Part shown: positions 9,381-19,386 of the stretch, piece after piece
How positions within the stretch are numbered: position 1 is the first letter of the stretch
Layout of the letters: each line of letters starts with the position of its first letter
Assembly (NCBI GenBank): GCA_963840855.1
Contig: CAWJBB010000010.1
Coordinates: 1 to 64,000, forward strand
DNA length: 64,000 nucleotides
DNA from: an uncultured delta proteobacterium
Lineage (GTDB): Bacteria > Desulfobacterota > Binatia > UBA9968
Reading direction: 5' to 3'
Position numbers and translations under genes: made by a program
The notes under the pieces: generated by a model
What the model saw: only the letters and a program-made list of their open reading frames with translations
The model's database searches: none
Told to the model about the DNA's origin: nothing

Positions 9381-10151
9381 TTACAATAAGCCTCCCTGGT
9401 TTTTCAATCCTGATTTTTTCTCTTGAAGTTTTTCTCTATAGGACTTCTCTCCTTTCAAGGTGATTTTCTGAGATGGGTGGATGAGCCGATCCACAATGGC
9501 CTCGGCGATCACCGGATCTTCAAACAGTTTTATCCATCCCTGGGGTTCGACCTGGGAAGTGACGATCAGGGGAGCCTTGTGGTAACGCTCTTCGAGGATA
9601 TCGATCAGGGAAGTGGCCTCCTCGTGGGTGTAGTTTCTTAACCCCAGGTCATCGAGGATCAAAACCTTGGCCTTGATGAGGCTACGGATGTAATTGAGGT
9701 AGCGTCCGGCGGCCTTGGCGGCCTGGATTTCCTCGAACAAGAAGTTGACCGGCAGGAACTGAGTGGGATGGCCTTCCTGGCACAGCCGTTTACCGAGAGC
9801 GATGGCGAGATGAGTTTTTCCGAGCCCGGTTTTCCCAAGGATCAAAAGATTCTCCTGGTTATGGAGGAAACTCAATTCACAGAGCTCTTTGATCTTGGCC
9901 TTGGTCAGATCCTTGTGGAAAGTTAGGTCTAAATCTTCCAGATCGGCGCGGAAGCGAAAGCGGGCTTTGGTCATAAGCGCTTTGGCAGTTCGGTCTTTGC
10001 GCGATAACCGTTCGTCTTCAAGCAGCAGGCGGAGGAACTCCAGGGGATGGAGCTGTTGGGACAAAGCGATCTGGGCTTGCCGTTCGCAGGCTTCATGGAT
10101 GCCGAACAGGCGCATCTGGTGCGAGAGATTTCTGACTTGATCAAGCATCAT
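9381..10151 (-). CDS. istB: IS21 helper AAA+ ATPase IstB
   Basis: Walker A GKTGLGKT, Walker B LILDDLG, AIVDRL and GEKSYR motifs. Confidence 0.95.
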   Translation of the reverse strand: MMLDQVRNLSHQMRLFGIHEACERQAQIALSQQLHPLEFLRLLLEDERLSRKDRTAKALMTKARFRFRADLEDLDLTFHKDLTKAKIKELCELSFLHNQENLLILGKTGLGKTHLAIALGKRLCQEGHPTQFLPVNFLFEEIQAAKAAGRYLNYIRSLIKAKVLILDDLGLRNYTHEEATSLIDILEERYHKAPLIVTSQVEPQGWIKLFEDPVIAEAIVDRLIHPSQKITLKGEKSYREKLQEKKSGLKNQGGLL

Positions 10152-10310
10152 GGTGGTGAGACCTCCCGGAGAAGAGGCTGATTTTGGGGGTACCCAAGGT
10201 ATTAACCGAGGGGAGATCGTCGTTTATAGGGCTTATACGGAGGCCGTTTTTTCCCGCTTGCTTGTCTGGATGATTAAAAATGGCTTTGCGGCTGGATTTA
10301 AAGCTCGTGT

Positions 10311-11828
10311 TCATAACAGTTCCTCCTCCACCGACGCTGAGGACAGCTCGGAATCTGCGCCCGAGTTGGCGGCGTATTGATGCAGATGCACGCAATCGGG
10401 CTTTCTCTGTGGGGTAAGCAGCGTTGGTCTCTGACCGTGGGCGACAAAGTAAAGGGCGCAGTCTTTGATGTAGGCGAGCCGTGTTTTGTTGAAGCTAAGG
10501 GCCCGCTGGCAGGCGTGGTCCAGAGCTTCAGGGGTGATCGGATAGCGTTTTGAAAGCCGCAAGATCCCTTGGACCCGCCGTAGATGGCGCAGCGGATGGG
10601 AGCCACCGAACAGCTGGTCGACCAATTTCTCGACATGGGGGCCGAGCTGTTTGGCCTGGTGTTGGGCGTGGCGGACTTCGAAGCGCGCCACGCTGAGCTT
10701 TTTTTCGGGATAATGGAAATCGTAGGTGGAGAACTGCCCGATGCCTTTAAGTCTTGCGTGAGCGGTAAGGGACTGGCTGTCCTCGCTGAAGACTTCCACG
10801 ATTTTCTCAGTGAGTCGGACCCGGACTTTCTGGCCGACGTAGACAAAGGGGACCGAGTAGAAGTTTTTCTCCACCTGGATATGGCAGTCGGGATGGACTT
10901 TGGCTTGCCGCCACTCGCTTAACTCGAAGGGAGAACTCGGCAGGGGTTTTAACTGCTTTTTCTCTTCCTCGAAGCGCTGGTTGCGACTCACCCCGTAGTC
11001 TTTCATCACGTCCTGGTTCAACCGGTAAAGATAGTCCCTGAGCGTTTGATTGAGCTCGTGGAGAGAATAAAAGACGCGGTTACGGACCTCCTGGAAAAAA
11101 CCCCTCTGGACCACTCCGATGTGGCATTCCCCCGAGCCCTTGTCCCGTGGCTTTCGGGGTCTGGCCGGCAGAACCGCAAAGTCCATGTGATTGGCAAAGT
11201 CACAGTAGGTGGGATTTACGTCAGGGTCGTACAGATCGGCCTTGTTGACGCCGCTTTTGAGATTGTCCACCACCACGTAGGGGGTGATCCCGCCAAAGTA
11301 GGCGAACATGCGGCTCTGGACCCCGATAAACGTGGAAAGTTTCTGATCCAGCACGAACTCGCCGAAGAAATACGAGCTAAACGGCAACACTCCCAAAAAA
11401 AACTGAGTGAGGGTCTTATTGCCGGTCACAGGGTCGGTGAGAAAAAGACCGTCACAAAAATCGATCTGGGTTTTTTCCGCAGGCTTGTGATCCAGCCGGA
11501 TCGTCACTTGATCGGGTGAGGCCTGCACACTCACCTTTTCCCGAAACACCCGCCAAAACTTTACGTAGGCGACCTCAGGGGCCACCTCGCGCTGGATCTG
11601 TTTAACCGTGGTCCCTTTGCCATAGACTTCCTGGCGCACATATTCCCAGTCAACCGTCTCCATCCAACTGCTGCTCTCAGCGGCCGGCTGGGGGACCGGT
11701 TCCAAGAACTTGCGCACGGTCCGGCGCGAAAGCCTCAGTATCCGGGCAATACGGCGAATGGAATGTCCTTGTTCGGACAGGGCTTTGATTTGAGCTTGCA
11801 TACGAATGCTGGTCCTTTCTTTGGCCAT
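10311..11828 (-). CDS. istA: IS21 DDE transposase IstA
   Basis: N-terminal HTH (SIRRIARILRLSRRTVRK), QIDF, VVDNLKSGV, PRDKGSGE, NFYSVP motifs. Confidence 0.95.
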   Translation of the reverse strand: MAKERTSIRMQAQIKALSEQGHSIRRIARILRLSRRTVRKFLEPVPQPAAESSSWMETVDWEYVRQEVYGKGTTVKQIQREVAPEVAYVKFWRVFREKVSVQASPDQVTIRLDHKPAEKTQIDFCDGLFLTDPVTGNKTLTQFFLGVLPFSSYFFGEFVLDQKLSTFIGVQSRMFAYFGGITPYVVVDNLKSGVNKADLYDPDVNPTYCDFANHMDFAVLPARPRKPRDKGSGECHIGVVQRGFFQEVRNRVFYSLHELNQTLRDYLYRLNQDVMKDYGVSRNQRFEEEKKQLKPLPSSPFELSEWRQAKVHPDCHIQVEKNFYSVPFVYVGQKVRVRLTEKIVEVFSEDSQSLTAHARLKGIGQFSTYDFHYPEKKLSVARFEVRHAQHQAKQLGPHVEKLVDQLFGGSHPLRHLRRVQGILRLSKRYPITPEALDHACQRALSFNKTRLAYIKDCALYFVAHGQRPTLLTPQRKPDCVHLHQYAANSGADSELSSASVEEELL

Positions 11829-11981
11829 CAACTGGATCCTCCTCCAGTTGGCCAAGGTAGCATCGTTCGTCGCTTAGCTCAGAAATCGAAGGGGACCACC
11901 TGAAATGGGGTGGGTCCCTTCCGTGAAATCAGGTGGGTCCCTTCGTTGAAATTGGGTGGGTACGTTCCGTGAAATCGGCCA

Positions 11982-12862
11982 CTTGCCGGAATATCATTGA
12001 CGGGACATTCCGGGCCATGATGCGCGATGCCAGGGCGGAAAAGCCTAGCCTTGGATTGACGGACCATTTCGCCAACCTTAAGTGGAAGCGCCTTCCGACA
12101 TCGAAGCCCGATCCGTTCACGGCGGAAGAGCGCGACGTTATCTTGAAGCACTTTCGCCAGAAGCACGGTTTCTATTATCCCTTTGTCGCTACCATGTTTG
12201 GAACCGGCGCCAGGCCAAGCGAGATCATTCCGCTTCGGTGGGGCGACATCGACTTGAGACTGGGAACCCTGTCTATCAGCAAGTCCCATTACGTCCCTTC
12301 CCAAGCCTACATGGACGAAGACGGTGCGACCAAGACAGCGGCAAGCGAGCGTGTGATAGCTTTGGGTATGCCCGTCATTGAGGCGCTAAAGGCCATCAAG
12401 CCCCTTCACGTTACGGAAACGGACTTCGTATTTAAGAACGTCGAAGGCCGGCTAATTAACGAGGACAAATGGCGCAAGAAATACTGGTATCGGGCGCTGA
12501 GGGTTTGCAGCCTCAGGCCGCGAAAATTCTACGCCACGCGCCACACGTTCATATCGGTAGGTCTAAGCAACGGGGCCAACATCAAGTGGCTGGCAGACTA
12601 TTGCGGCACGTCCGTGGCGATGATCGAGAAGCACTACGGGCGATACGTCAAGAGCGACTCGCAAGAGCAGCTAGAGCGCCTTTTCGGAGCCAAAACCGAA
12701 ACCCTTTCCGAAACCCTACGCGATGGAACCGATGACAAAGTGAACGAAGTGATTGAAAACAAAAGAGGAAGTGAATTGGTCGGGGCGAGTGGATTTGAAC
12801 CACCGGCCTCACGGTCCCGAACCGTGCGCTCTACCAAGCTGAGCCACGCCCCGACCCGCTAA
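11982..12862 (+). pseudogene. Tyrosine recombinase/integrase, catalytic half; 5' end cut by IS21
   Basis: TGARPSE, ATKT, YATRHT and KHYG motifs. The frame starts at the IS21 end and reads through the tRNA antisense. Confidence 0.85.
12777..12853 (-). tRNA. tRNA-Pro(CGG)
   Basis: CGGGGCG..TGGCTCAGCTTGGTAGAGC..CACGG-TTCGGGA-CCGTG..GGTTCAAATCC..CGCCCCGACCA: cloverleaf with encoded CCA. Confidence 0.97.
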
Positions 12863-13014
12863 ACCTAGCACACGGAAATGAGAAAACAACAGCAGTCATC
12901 GCGGCGCGATGGATTGCAATTCGCGGATCGCAAAATGCCCCTCGCAATTGGTCGACTGAGAGTTGAAATCCACCATGAGCGACGCTTCTCGCGCTTAGCC
13001 GTGAATCGTCGGGT

Positions 13015-13680
13015 TTACGCTTTCCCAACCTTCATCTTCATCACACGGATGGTCGCCGCATAGTCCGGTGACTTGAAGATTCCAGAGCCCGAGACGATGA
13101 CTTCCGCGCCGGCGCGGACCACAAGGTCGATGTTATCGGTCTTAATGCCGCCATCCACTTCGATGAGAAGCGCTAGCTTGCGCTCGTCAATGAGCGAACG
13201 CAGCGCCGCGATTTTTGGCAACACCTCAGGAATAAAAGCCTGGCCGGCAAAGCCGGGGAAAACCGACATCATAAGAACCATGTCGGCATCGGAAAAGCAG
13301 CTCTCGACCCGCGCCAGCGGCACGTCGGGATTGACGGCGACGGAGGCCTTGGCACCGAGCGCACGGATTCTTTGGAGGCTTAAGTTTGGATCAGCGCAGG
13401 TCTCGGGATGGATCGATACCCAGTCGGCGCCGGCTTTGATAAATTCCGGGGCGTACTTGTCCGGGTCGGTGATCATCAAGTGAACGTCGAGAGGGATGTT
13501 TGTAACCTTTCGCAGCCATTCCACCACCACCGGGCCTATGGTGATGTTGGGCACGAAGTGGCCATCCATGACGTCGACATGGAGCCAGTCGGCGCCGGCC
13601 GCTTCCACGGCCCGGATCTCCTCCTTGAGGCGGCTGAAATCGGCGGACAATATGGAAGGCGCGATTTTGATCGCTTGCAT
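13015..13680 (-). CDS. rpe: Ribulose-phosphate 3-epimerase
   Basis: IAPSILSADF, HVDVMDGHFVPN, EVDGG. Confidence 0.97.
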   Translation of the reverse strand: MQAIKIAPSILSADFSRLKEEIRAVEAAGADWLHVDVMDGHFVPNITIGPVVVEWLRKVTNIPLDVHLMITDPDKYAPEFIKAGADWVSIHPETCADPNLSLQRIRALGAKASVAVNPDVPLARVESCFSDADMVLMMSVFPGFAGQAFIPEVLPKIAALRSLIDERKLALLIEVDGGIKTDNIDLVVRAGAEVIVSGSGIFKSPDYAATIRVMKMKVGKA

Positions 13681-15051
13681 CTATTTTACCTTTCTCATGC
13701 GTGCGGCAAAGAAACCGTCGGTATTATGGCGGTGCGGCAGCGCGAGGAAATAGCGGTCTCGCGCCATAGACTTGGCTTGCTCGGGAAGATACTCCGCGGC
13801 CTCATCCAAAACAAACCCTTGATGGTTTGCCAAGAAATCTTCAATGACGTTTTCGTTTTCCTCGCGGGTCAACGTACAGGTAGAGTAGACAAGAGTGCCG
13901 CGCGGCCTCAGAAGACTTGCGGCACGGGTAAGAAAGCGTCTCTGCAACTGCGCCAAGCGCGCGATGTCTTTCTCGCTGCGTTGCCATTTTATTTCGGGAT
14001 GCGAGCGCAGCGTGCCGAGCCCGCTGCACGGCGCGTCCACCAGGACGCGGTCATAGGGCTCCCGCGCCGTCTGCTGAAACGGTTTATCGAAGTCGGCCGC
14101 CATCGTCTTGATAGAGCGCAATCCCAGTCGTCCGGCATTCTCGGCGATTTTTTCTAACCCGGTGGTGGAAATATCCGTCGCTGTAACTTCGCCGATGTCT
14201 CCCATCAGCTCCGCGATATGGGTGGTTTTGCCTCCTGGCGCGGCGCAAGCGTCGAGTACGCGCTCACCGGGTTGTGGTCCCAGCAGAAAAGCCACCAGTT
14301 GTGAAGCTTCACCCTGCACCTGAAAGTGTCCGCTGTCGAACCCGGGCAACTGACCGACAAGCGAACGCGACTGAAGAATGATTCCTTGCGGCGACCACGG
14401 CGCGGGCGCTGCTTCAATTCCTTGACGGCGAAAGAGATTGAACAACTCTTCGCTGGTTCCCTTGAGCGCATTGACGCGCAAGATCAAGGGTGCTGGTTGG
14501 TTACTCGCCTTGAGCAGCTCTGTTGTCTCCTCGGCGCCAAACATTTCAAGCCATTTTTTGACGAGCCATACGGGGTGAGACCAGTACTCGGCGAAGGCGA
14601 CAAGGGATGCGGGCTTGGGGTCCGGCGCGGGAAGGTCCCATTTATCGCGCAGGGCGCTGCGCAGGACCGCGTTGACAAATCCGCCCGCGCTCGTTCGCTC
14701 CCGCGCCTTAGCCAGCGCGACGGCTTCGTTGATGATTGCGTAGGCGGGAATCTTGTCGAGAAATCGGAGTTGATAGAGACTCAAGCGCAGCAGATTGCGC
14801 AGGAACGGATCGGTCTTTTCGAGGGGGCGGCGCGTGAGCGTCTTAAGCTCGGCATCCAATCTGCCGCGCCAACGCAGCGTGCCGTAGACAAGTTCGGTCA
14901 GCAGCCGGCGGTCGCGGTCGTCCAGGGCAGCTCCGTCCTGGGCGTGATGCAACAGGACATCGCCGTAGGCTCTTCGGACATCGACCTTGAGGAGGATTTC
15001 AGTCGCAGTTTTGCGCACGCTTGGCTCGCGTGCCTGATCAGAGGCGCTCAC
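13681..15051 (-). CDS. rsmB: 16S rRNA m5C967 methyltransferase RsmB
   Basis: NusB-like N-terminus; DACAAPGGKT, DAPCSG, YSTCT. Confidence 0.95.
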   Translation of the reverse strand: MSASDQAREPSVRKTATEILLKVDVRRAYGDVLLHHAQDGAALDDRDRRLLTELVYGTLRWRGRLDAELKTLTRRPLEKTDPFLRNLLRLSLYQLRFLDKIPAYAIINEAVALAKARERTSAGGFVNAVLRSALRDKWDLPAPDPKPASLVAFAEYWSHPVWLVKKWLEMFGAEETTELLKASNQPAPLILRVNALKGTSEELFNLFRRQGIEAAPAPWSPQGIILQSRSLVGQLPGFDSGHFQVQGEASQLVAFLLGPQPGERVLDACAAPGGKTTHIAELMGDIGEVTATDISTTGLEKIAENAGRLGLRSIKTMAADFDKPFQQTAREPYDRVLVDAPCSGLGTLRSHPEIKWQRSEKDIARLAQLQRRFLTRAASLLRPRGTLVYSTCTLTREENENVIEDFLANHQGFVLDEAAEYLPEQAKSMARDRYFLALPHRHNTDGFFAARMRKVK

Positions 15052-15976
15052 CTTTGGCCACCCTCGCCCCTCTTATGAACTCGACGCCCGAAAGCCTCCG
15101 CTTCCCTTCCAGTTGCACTTCCTCGAGGCTCAAGATTCCCGAACCGGTTGCGACCCAAAAACCCTGGCCATCGGCGCGCACAACTTCACCCGGGTTGGTT
15201 ACGTCTGGAGCAGCAATGATCCGCGCGCGGTGAATCTTAAGCAGCTTGCCTTGGCGCCGGGTATAGGCGGAGGGCCAGGGCGCAAAACCGCGAACCCGCC
15301 GTTCTATTTGAACCGCCGGTTGGCGCCAGTCGATCAGACCGTCTTCTTTTTTAAGGATGGGTGCGAGAGTCGCGGCCTTCTCGTCTTGTGCCTTGGCTTG
15401 CAACAAACCTTCTTTTAGCAATCGAATTGATTCCAACATGAGCCGCGCGCCCACCGGCGTGAGCTTCGCCTGCAGCGACGCTGTGGTTTCGTCCGGCGCC
15501 ACTGGCATGGCTTCCTGCAAGTAAACCGGGCCGGCGTCCATTTTTTCCACGAGTTTCATGGTCGTCACGCCGGCTTGTTCGTCGCCGTTGATGATCGTCC
15601 AGGCAGCGGGCGCCGCGCCGCGGTACTTGGGCAGGAGCGAGTAATGCACGTTGAGACATCCATAAGGGGCCAGATCGAGAACGGTCCTGGGGAGAATCCG
15701 GCCGTAGGCAACCACGACGATGATCTGCGGCTTCCAGTTTTTCAGTATTTCCAGAAACGCAGGATCGCGAATTTTTTCCGGCGCCACCACGGGAATCCCG
15801 CAACGTGCGCCGACTCTACGCACCGGCGACGAGGCATTCTGCCGGCCTCTGCCGAAAGGGCGATCAGGTTGCGTGACGATACCCACGACTCTATCGGGAC
15901 CTTGGAGCAGCTGTTCCAGGGTGGCCGCGGCGATCTCCGGAGTCCCCATGAATACGATCGGCCAGATACTGGACAT
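15038..15976 (-). CDS. fmt: Methionyl-tRNA formyltransferase
   Basis: VFMGTP, TQPDRP, NVHYSLLPKYRGAAP. Confidence 0.97.
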   Translation of the reverse strand: MSSIWPIVFMGTPEIAAATLEQLLQGPDRVVGIVTQPDRPFGRGRQNASSPVRRVGARCGIPVVAPEKIRDPAFLEILKNWKPQIIVVVAYGRILPRTVLDLAPYGCLNVHYSLLPKYRGAAPAAWTIINGDEQAGVTTMKLVEKMDAGPVYLQEAMPVAPDETTASLQAKLTPVGARLMLESIRLLKEGLLQAKAQDEKAATLAPILKKEDGLIDWRQPAVQIERRVRGFAPWPSAYTRRQGKLLKIHRARIIAAPDVTNPGEVVRADGQGFWVATGSGILSLEEVQLEGKRRLSGVEFIRGARVAKGERL

Positions 15977-16029
15977 GAAAATCCAATCGCGCGAAGCGCG
16001 GACCGCGATAAGAACAACCAGGCTTGCGG

Positions 16030-16572
16030 CTAAATCATCACGCGAGGATTTTCCGTCCCTGGCGCCGTGCCATCGCGCAGCATTTTTTTACGCCTGCGAC
16101 GGTATAGGTCACGCTTCAAACGGCTGATACGGTCGATGAAAAGTTTCCCGTCCAGATGATCGATCTCGTGCTGCAACGCGACGGCCAACAGCCCGTCCGC
16201 GTCGATCCTGATTTCCTTTTGATTCTCATCGAATGCGACCACTTCGACTTTAGCAGCCCGCTTCACCTCAGCGGTAAAATCAACGACGCTGAGACATCCT
16301 TCTTCCCAGATGACTTCTCCTTCCGCGCGGGTAATGACGGGATTAATCAGCTTGAAAACCTGTTTGCGGGGGTTTTCGTGGTCGACATCGAGCACGATAA
16401 CCCGTTGCGATATACCGACCTGGGGAGCGGCCAGGCCAACGCCAGGGGCAGCATACATTGTTTCAATCATATCGGCGACGTATTTTGCCGTTTCGCCGGT
16501 GATATTCTTGACCGGTGACGCCACTGTGCTCAACACTGCATCGGGATATTTCCGGATTTCTAAAAGCGCCAT
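16030..16572 (-). CDS. def: Peptide deformylase
   Basis: GVGLAAPQ, EGCLS, QHEIDHLDG. Confidence 0.97.
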   Translation of the reverse strand: MALLEIRKYPDAVLSTVASPVKNITGETAKYVADMIETMYAAPGVGLAAPQVGISQRVIVLDVDHENPRKQVFKLINPVITRAEGEVIWEEGCLSVVDFTAEVKRAAKVEVVAFDENQKEIRIDADGLLAVALQHEIDHLDGKLFIDRISRLKRDLYRRRRKKMLRDGTAPGTENPRVMI

Positions 16573-16585
16573 AAGATACGAAAAT

Positions 16586-18838
16586 TCATAACATATTGTA
16601 GGGATCGACATCAATGTGGAGTCGATAAGTGCGGGATCGAGGCAGAAGCGTGCGAGCGTGGCCGGCGAGCTCCAAAAGCACGGTACTGTGCTTGCTTTTC
16701 AACAGCAGTTGCCAGCGATAACGGCTGCGCAGCTTCAGAATCGGCGCCGGCGCCGGTCCCAAAATTTCAATTTGTTCGCGCCATTTTGTATCGCGCGCGA
16801 GTTGCGCGCGCAGTCCCTGGGCAAGAATTTTTGCTTTGGCTTCGACTTCATCGGCTTTCTGGCCATCGACGCGGAGGCTTACGAGCCGGCAAAATGGCGG
16901 GTAGTTAAGCGCCCGGCGAAACTCGATTTCTGCCGCGAAAAAGTTCTCATAGTCATGACGCAGCAAATGCCGCATTGTGTAATGGTCGGGCGCGAAGGTT
17001 TGCACGACCACTCGTCCCGGATCGTCGCCGCGCCCTGAACGGCCCGCTACCTGGCTTAACAATTGAAAGGTTCTTTCCGCGGCGCGGAAGTCCGGCAGAT
17101 TGAGTGACATATCCGCAAGTAGCGCGCCCACCAAGGTGACGCCGCTTACGTCATGGCCTTTGGTGATCATCTGGGTGCCGAGCAGGATATCGATCTCGCC
17201 TTTCTCCCAACGCCGAATCAACGCTTCTTGAGAGCCGCGCTTACTCGTGCTGTCACGGTCCAGGCGAGCGATGCGCGCGCTAGGCACGAGTTCATGCAGG
17301 GCCTGTTCGATCTGCTCGGTACCGGAGCCGACGCCGGCGAGGGCCGGGTTGCCGCACGCGGGACAAACCTCGATGACGGGCCGGCGAAAATTACAATGGT
17401 GGCAACACAGGCTTTTGCGCTGCAAGTGCAAGGTCAGCGTTACGCTGCAATAGGCGCAGCGCAGGATTTGGCCGCAATGCCGGCACTGCAAAAAATTGGC
17501 GAAGCCGCGTCGGTTGAGGAAGATCAGGCTCTGGCGTGACCTAGCGTAATTTTCGCTCAGCGCATCGGCCAGCTCTTGGGAGATGAACCGGTGCGCTCCG
17601 GAATCATCACGCATGGATTTTTTCGCTTGCGCGCGCAGATCAACAAGTTCGATTTTCGGCAGCGGGCGTGATTGCACGCGCTCGGGCATCTCCAACAACC
17701 GGTAGCGCCCCGAGCGACAATTCTCATAGCTCTCCATCGCCGGGGTGGCGGAACCAAGAATTACCGGGCACGCGAGATACTTACCGCGGACCACGGCGAC
17801 ATCGCGGCCATTGTAGCGCAGCCCCTCCTCCTGTTTGTACGAAGGATCATGTTCTTCATCGACGATGATAAGCCCGAGGCGCGGCAGCGGGGCGAAAACG
17901 GCCGAGCGCGCGCCGATCACTACGTCGGCGGCGCCGTGCGCTATGCGCCACCATTGTGACCAGCGTTCCGCCCCGGTGAGCGCGCTGTGCAGGACGCCGA
18001 CGCGCCCGGGGAAACGTGCGCCTAGACGGTCGATCAACTGCGGTGTCAAGGAAATCTCGGGTATTAGAATGAGACTCTGGCGACCCGCTTGGCGCGCCCG
18101 CTCCATAGCGCGGAGATAGACTTCGGTTTTGCCGCTTCCCGTGACGCCGTGCAGCAAGAAGACTTCAAAGCCGCCCTGCCGGCGTCGCTCCTCGATGGCG
18201 GCAAGAGCCGACTGTTGCTCAAGAGTTAAAGTGAAAGCCGTCGGGATTACCGAGCGTTCCGCCGATAGTTCACCGACATGGACCGGATTTCGTCGGCGCA
18301 GGCCCGGTATTCGTTCATGTATGGCTACGGCGCCGCGAGAATGAAGCCGTTCAAGAGCCGAGTGGACGTTTCCCGATGAGATCTGCCGCGTCAAAGTCTT
18401 GGCGTTCATGCCACTCTCTTTTTGACGTAGCAGGCGGAGGATCTCCTGTTCCAACGGGTCATTGGGGGCAATCACTTCCGGCAGCAATACGACCTTGCGC
18501 TGACTTTCTCGGCGCAACGGCGGCGGCAAAATTGCCGCCAATACCTCGCCCAATGTGGCCAGGTAATACTGCGCGACCCACTGGCTCAAGAGCAATAACG
18601 TCTGGTCGAGGACTGGAGCCTCGTCCGGCAGCGCCTGAATAGGCCTCGTTTTAAGCAGCGAGGTGGTCTGAAGCAGCTCCAGAACTACTCCTGTAACCTT
18701 CCGTTTTCCCAACGGGATCAAAACACGCATGCCGACGGCAATGCGATCTCGCAGTTCGGCGGGGACGGAATAGATCAAGGGTTGGCCGAGCGGCGAAGGG
18801 ATGACAATCCGTGCAAAATTTATCGCCGAACTGTTCAT
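16586..18838 (-). CDS. priA: Primosomal protein N' (PriA)
   Basis: GVTGSGKT, DEEH, Zn-finger CxxC pairs, QVAGRSGR, DVDP; start codon approximate. Confidence 0.95.
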   Translation of the reverse strand: MNSSAINFARIVIPSPLGQPLIYSVPAELRDRIAVGMRVLIPLGKRKVTGVVLELLQTTSLLKTRPIQALPDEAPVLDQTLLLLSQWVAQYYLATLGEVLAAILPPPLRRESQRKVVLLPEVIAPNDPLEQEILRLLRQKESGMNAKTLTRQISSGNVHSALERLHSRGAVAIHERIPGLRRRNPVHVGELSAERSVIPTAFTLTLEQQSALAAIEERRRQGGFEVFLLHGVTGSGKTEVYLRAMERARQAGRQSLILIPEISLTPQLIDRLGARFPGRVGVLHSALTGAERWSQWWRIAHGAADVVIGARSAVFAPLPRLGLIIVDEEHDPSYKQEEGLRYNGRDVAVVRGKYLACPVILGSATPAMESYENCRSGRYRLLEMPERVQSRPLPKIELVDLRAQAKKSMRDDSGAHRFISQELADALSENYARSRQSLIFLNRRGFANFLQCRHCGQILRCAYCSVTLTLHLQRKSLCCHHCNFRRPVIEVCPACGNPALAGVGSGTEQIEQALHELVPSARIARLDRDSTSKRGSQEALIRRWEKGEIDILLGTQMITKGHDVSGVTLVGALLADMSLNLPDFRAAERTFQLLSQVAGRSGRGDDPGRVVVQTFAPDHYTMRHLLRHDYENFFAAEIEFRRALNYPPFCRLVSLRVDGQKADEVEAKAKILAQGLRAQLARDTKWREQIEILGPAPAPILKLRSRYRWQLLLKSKHSTVLLELAGHARTLLPRSRTYRLHIDVDPYNML

Positions 18839-19027
18839 GTTTGGACCATTAGTGATCTGCGTCGGCCAAACGCAAACGGGCCGGAGGACCAAAGGCACGC
18901 CGAGAATCGTGACGCGCTAAGACCACTTATGGAAATATATGACAGCACAAGGCATTTTTTTCCCGTTCCCAAGTCACCGTAGCGCCTTTTATTGCAGGTG
19001 CAAGGAGAAATGATTTCCAGAATTATA

Positions 19028-19042
19028 TGGCAACGATCTTGC
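19028..19042 (+). promoter_or_regulatory. Sigma54 promoter candidate upstream of the HTH-pilMNOPQ operon
   Basis: TGGCAACGATCTTGC = GG-N10-GC, followed by an AT-rich tract. Confidence 0.6.
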
Positions 19043-19183
19043 TTCTGGTTAAATATACACGGCGGGCTGGCGATAATCATAATTAAGCACAACTAAATAT
19101 AATTTAAACTAACTTGGTATGGTGGTTTCGCTTCATATAGACGGTTTGCCAGTTTTGACAGCGGGTCGCAGCGTCAGTCGGCA

Positions 19184-19384
19184 ATGAATCATACTAATAA
19201 CGTGAAACGGCTTCGCGAAGCCAGGATGATCAGCAAGGCTGAGTGCGCGCGCAGTGCAGGTATATCACCCGTAACCCTGGATCGCATCGAGAGAGGCATG
19301 GCTTGCAGAATGGCGACCAAAAGAAAAATCACCCTGGCTCTTGGATTGAAGATATCCGAGAAGAACAAGGTCTTTAAGCAGTAA
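19184..19384 (+). CDS. XRE-family HTH regulator leading the pilM operon
   Basis: VKRLREARMISKAECARSAGISPVTLDRIERG; ends 2 bp before pilM. Confidence 0.85.
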   Translation: MNHTNNVKRLREARMISKAECARSAGISPVTLDRIERGMACRMATKRKITLALGLKISEKNKVFKQ

Positions 19385-19386
19385 TT

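Larger units (their letters stand above)
9292..11981 (-). mobile_element. IS21-family insertion sequence
   Basis: TG...CA ends; imperfect IRs (TGTTCGATTTCA..GGGACCCACCCGATTTCAACGAAGGG vs TGGCCGATTTCA..GTACCCACCCAATTTCAACGAAGGG) with repeated subterminal motifs; istA and istB inside. Confidence 0.9.

Noticed and set aside
11933-11981. ORF-track start of the integrase
   Set aside because: It lies inside the IS21 terminal repeat and is not the native start.
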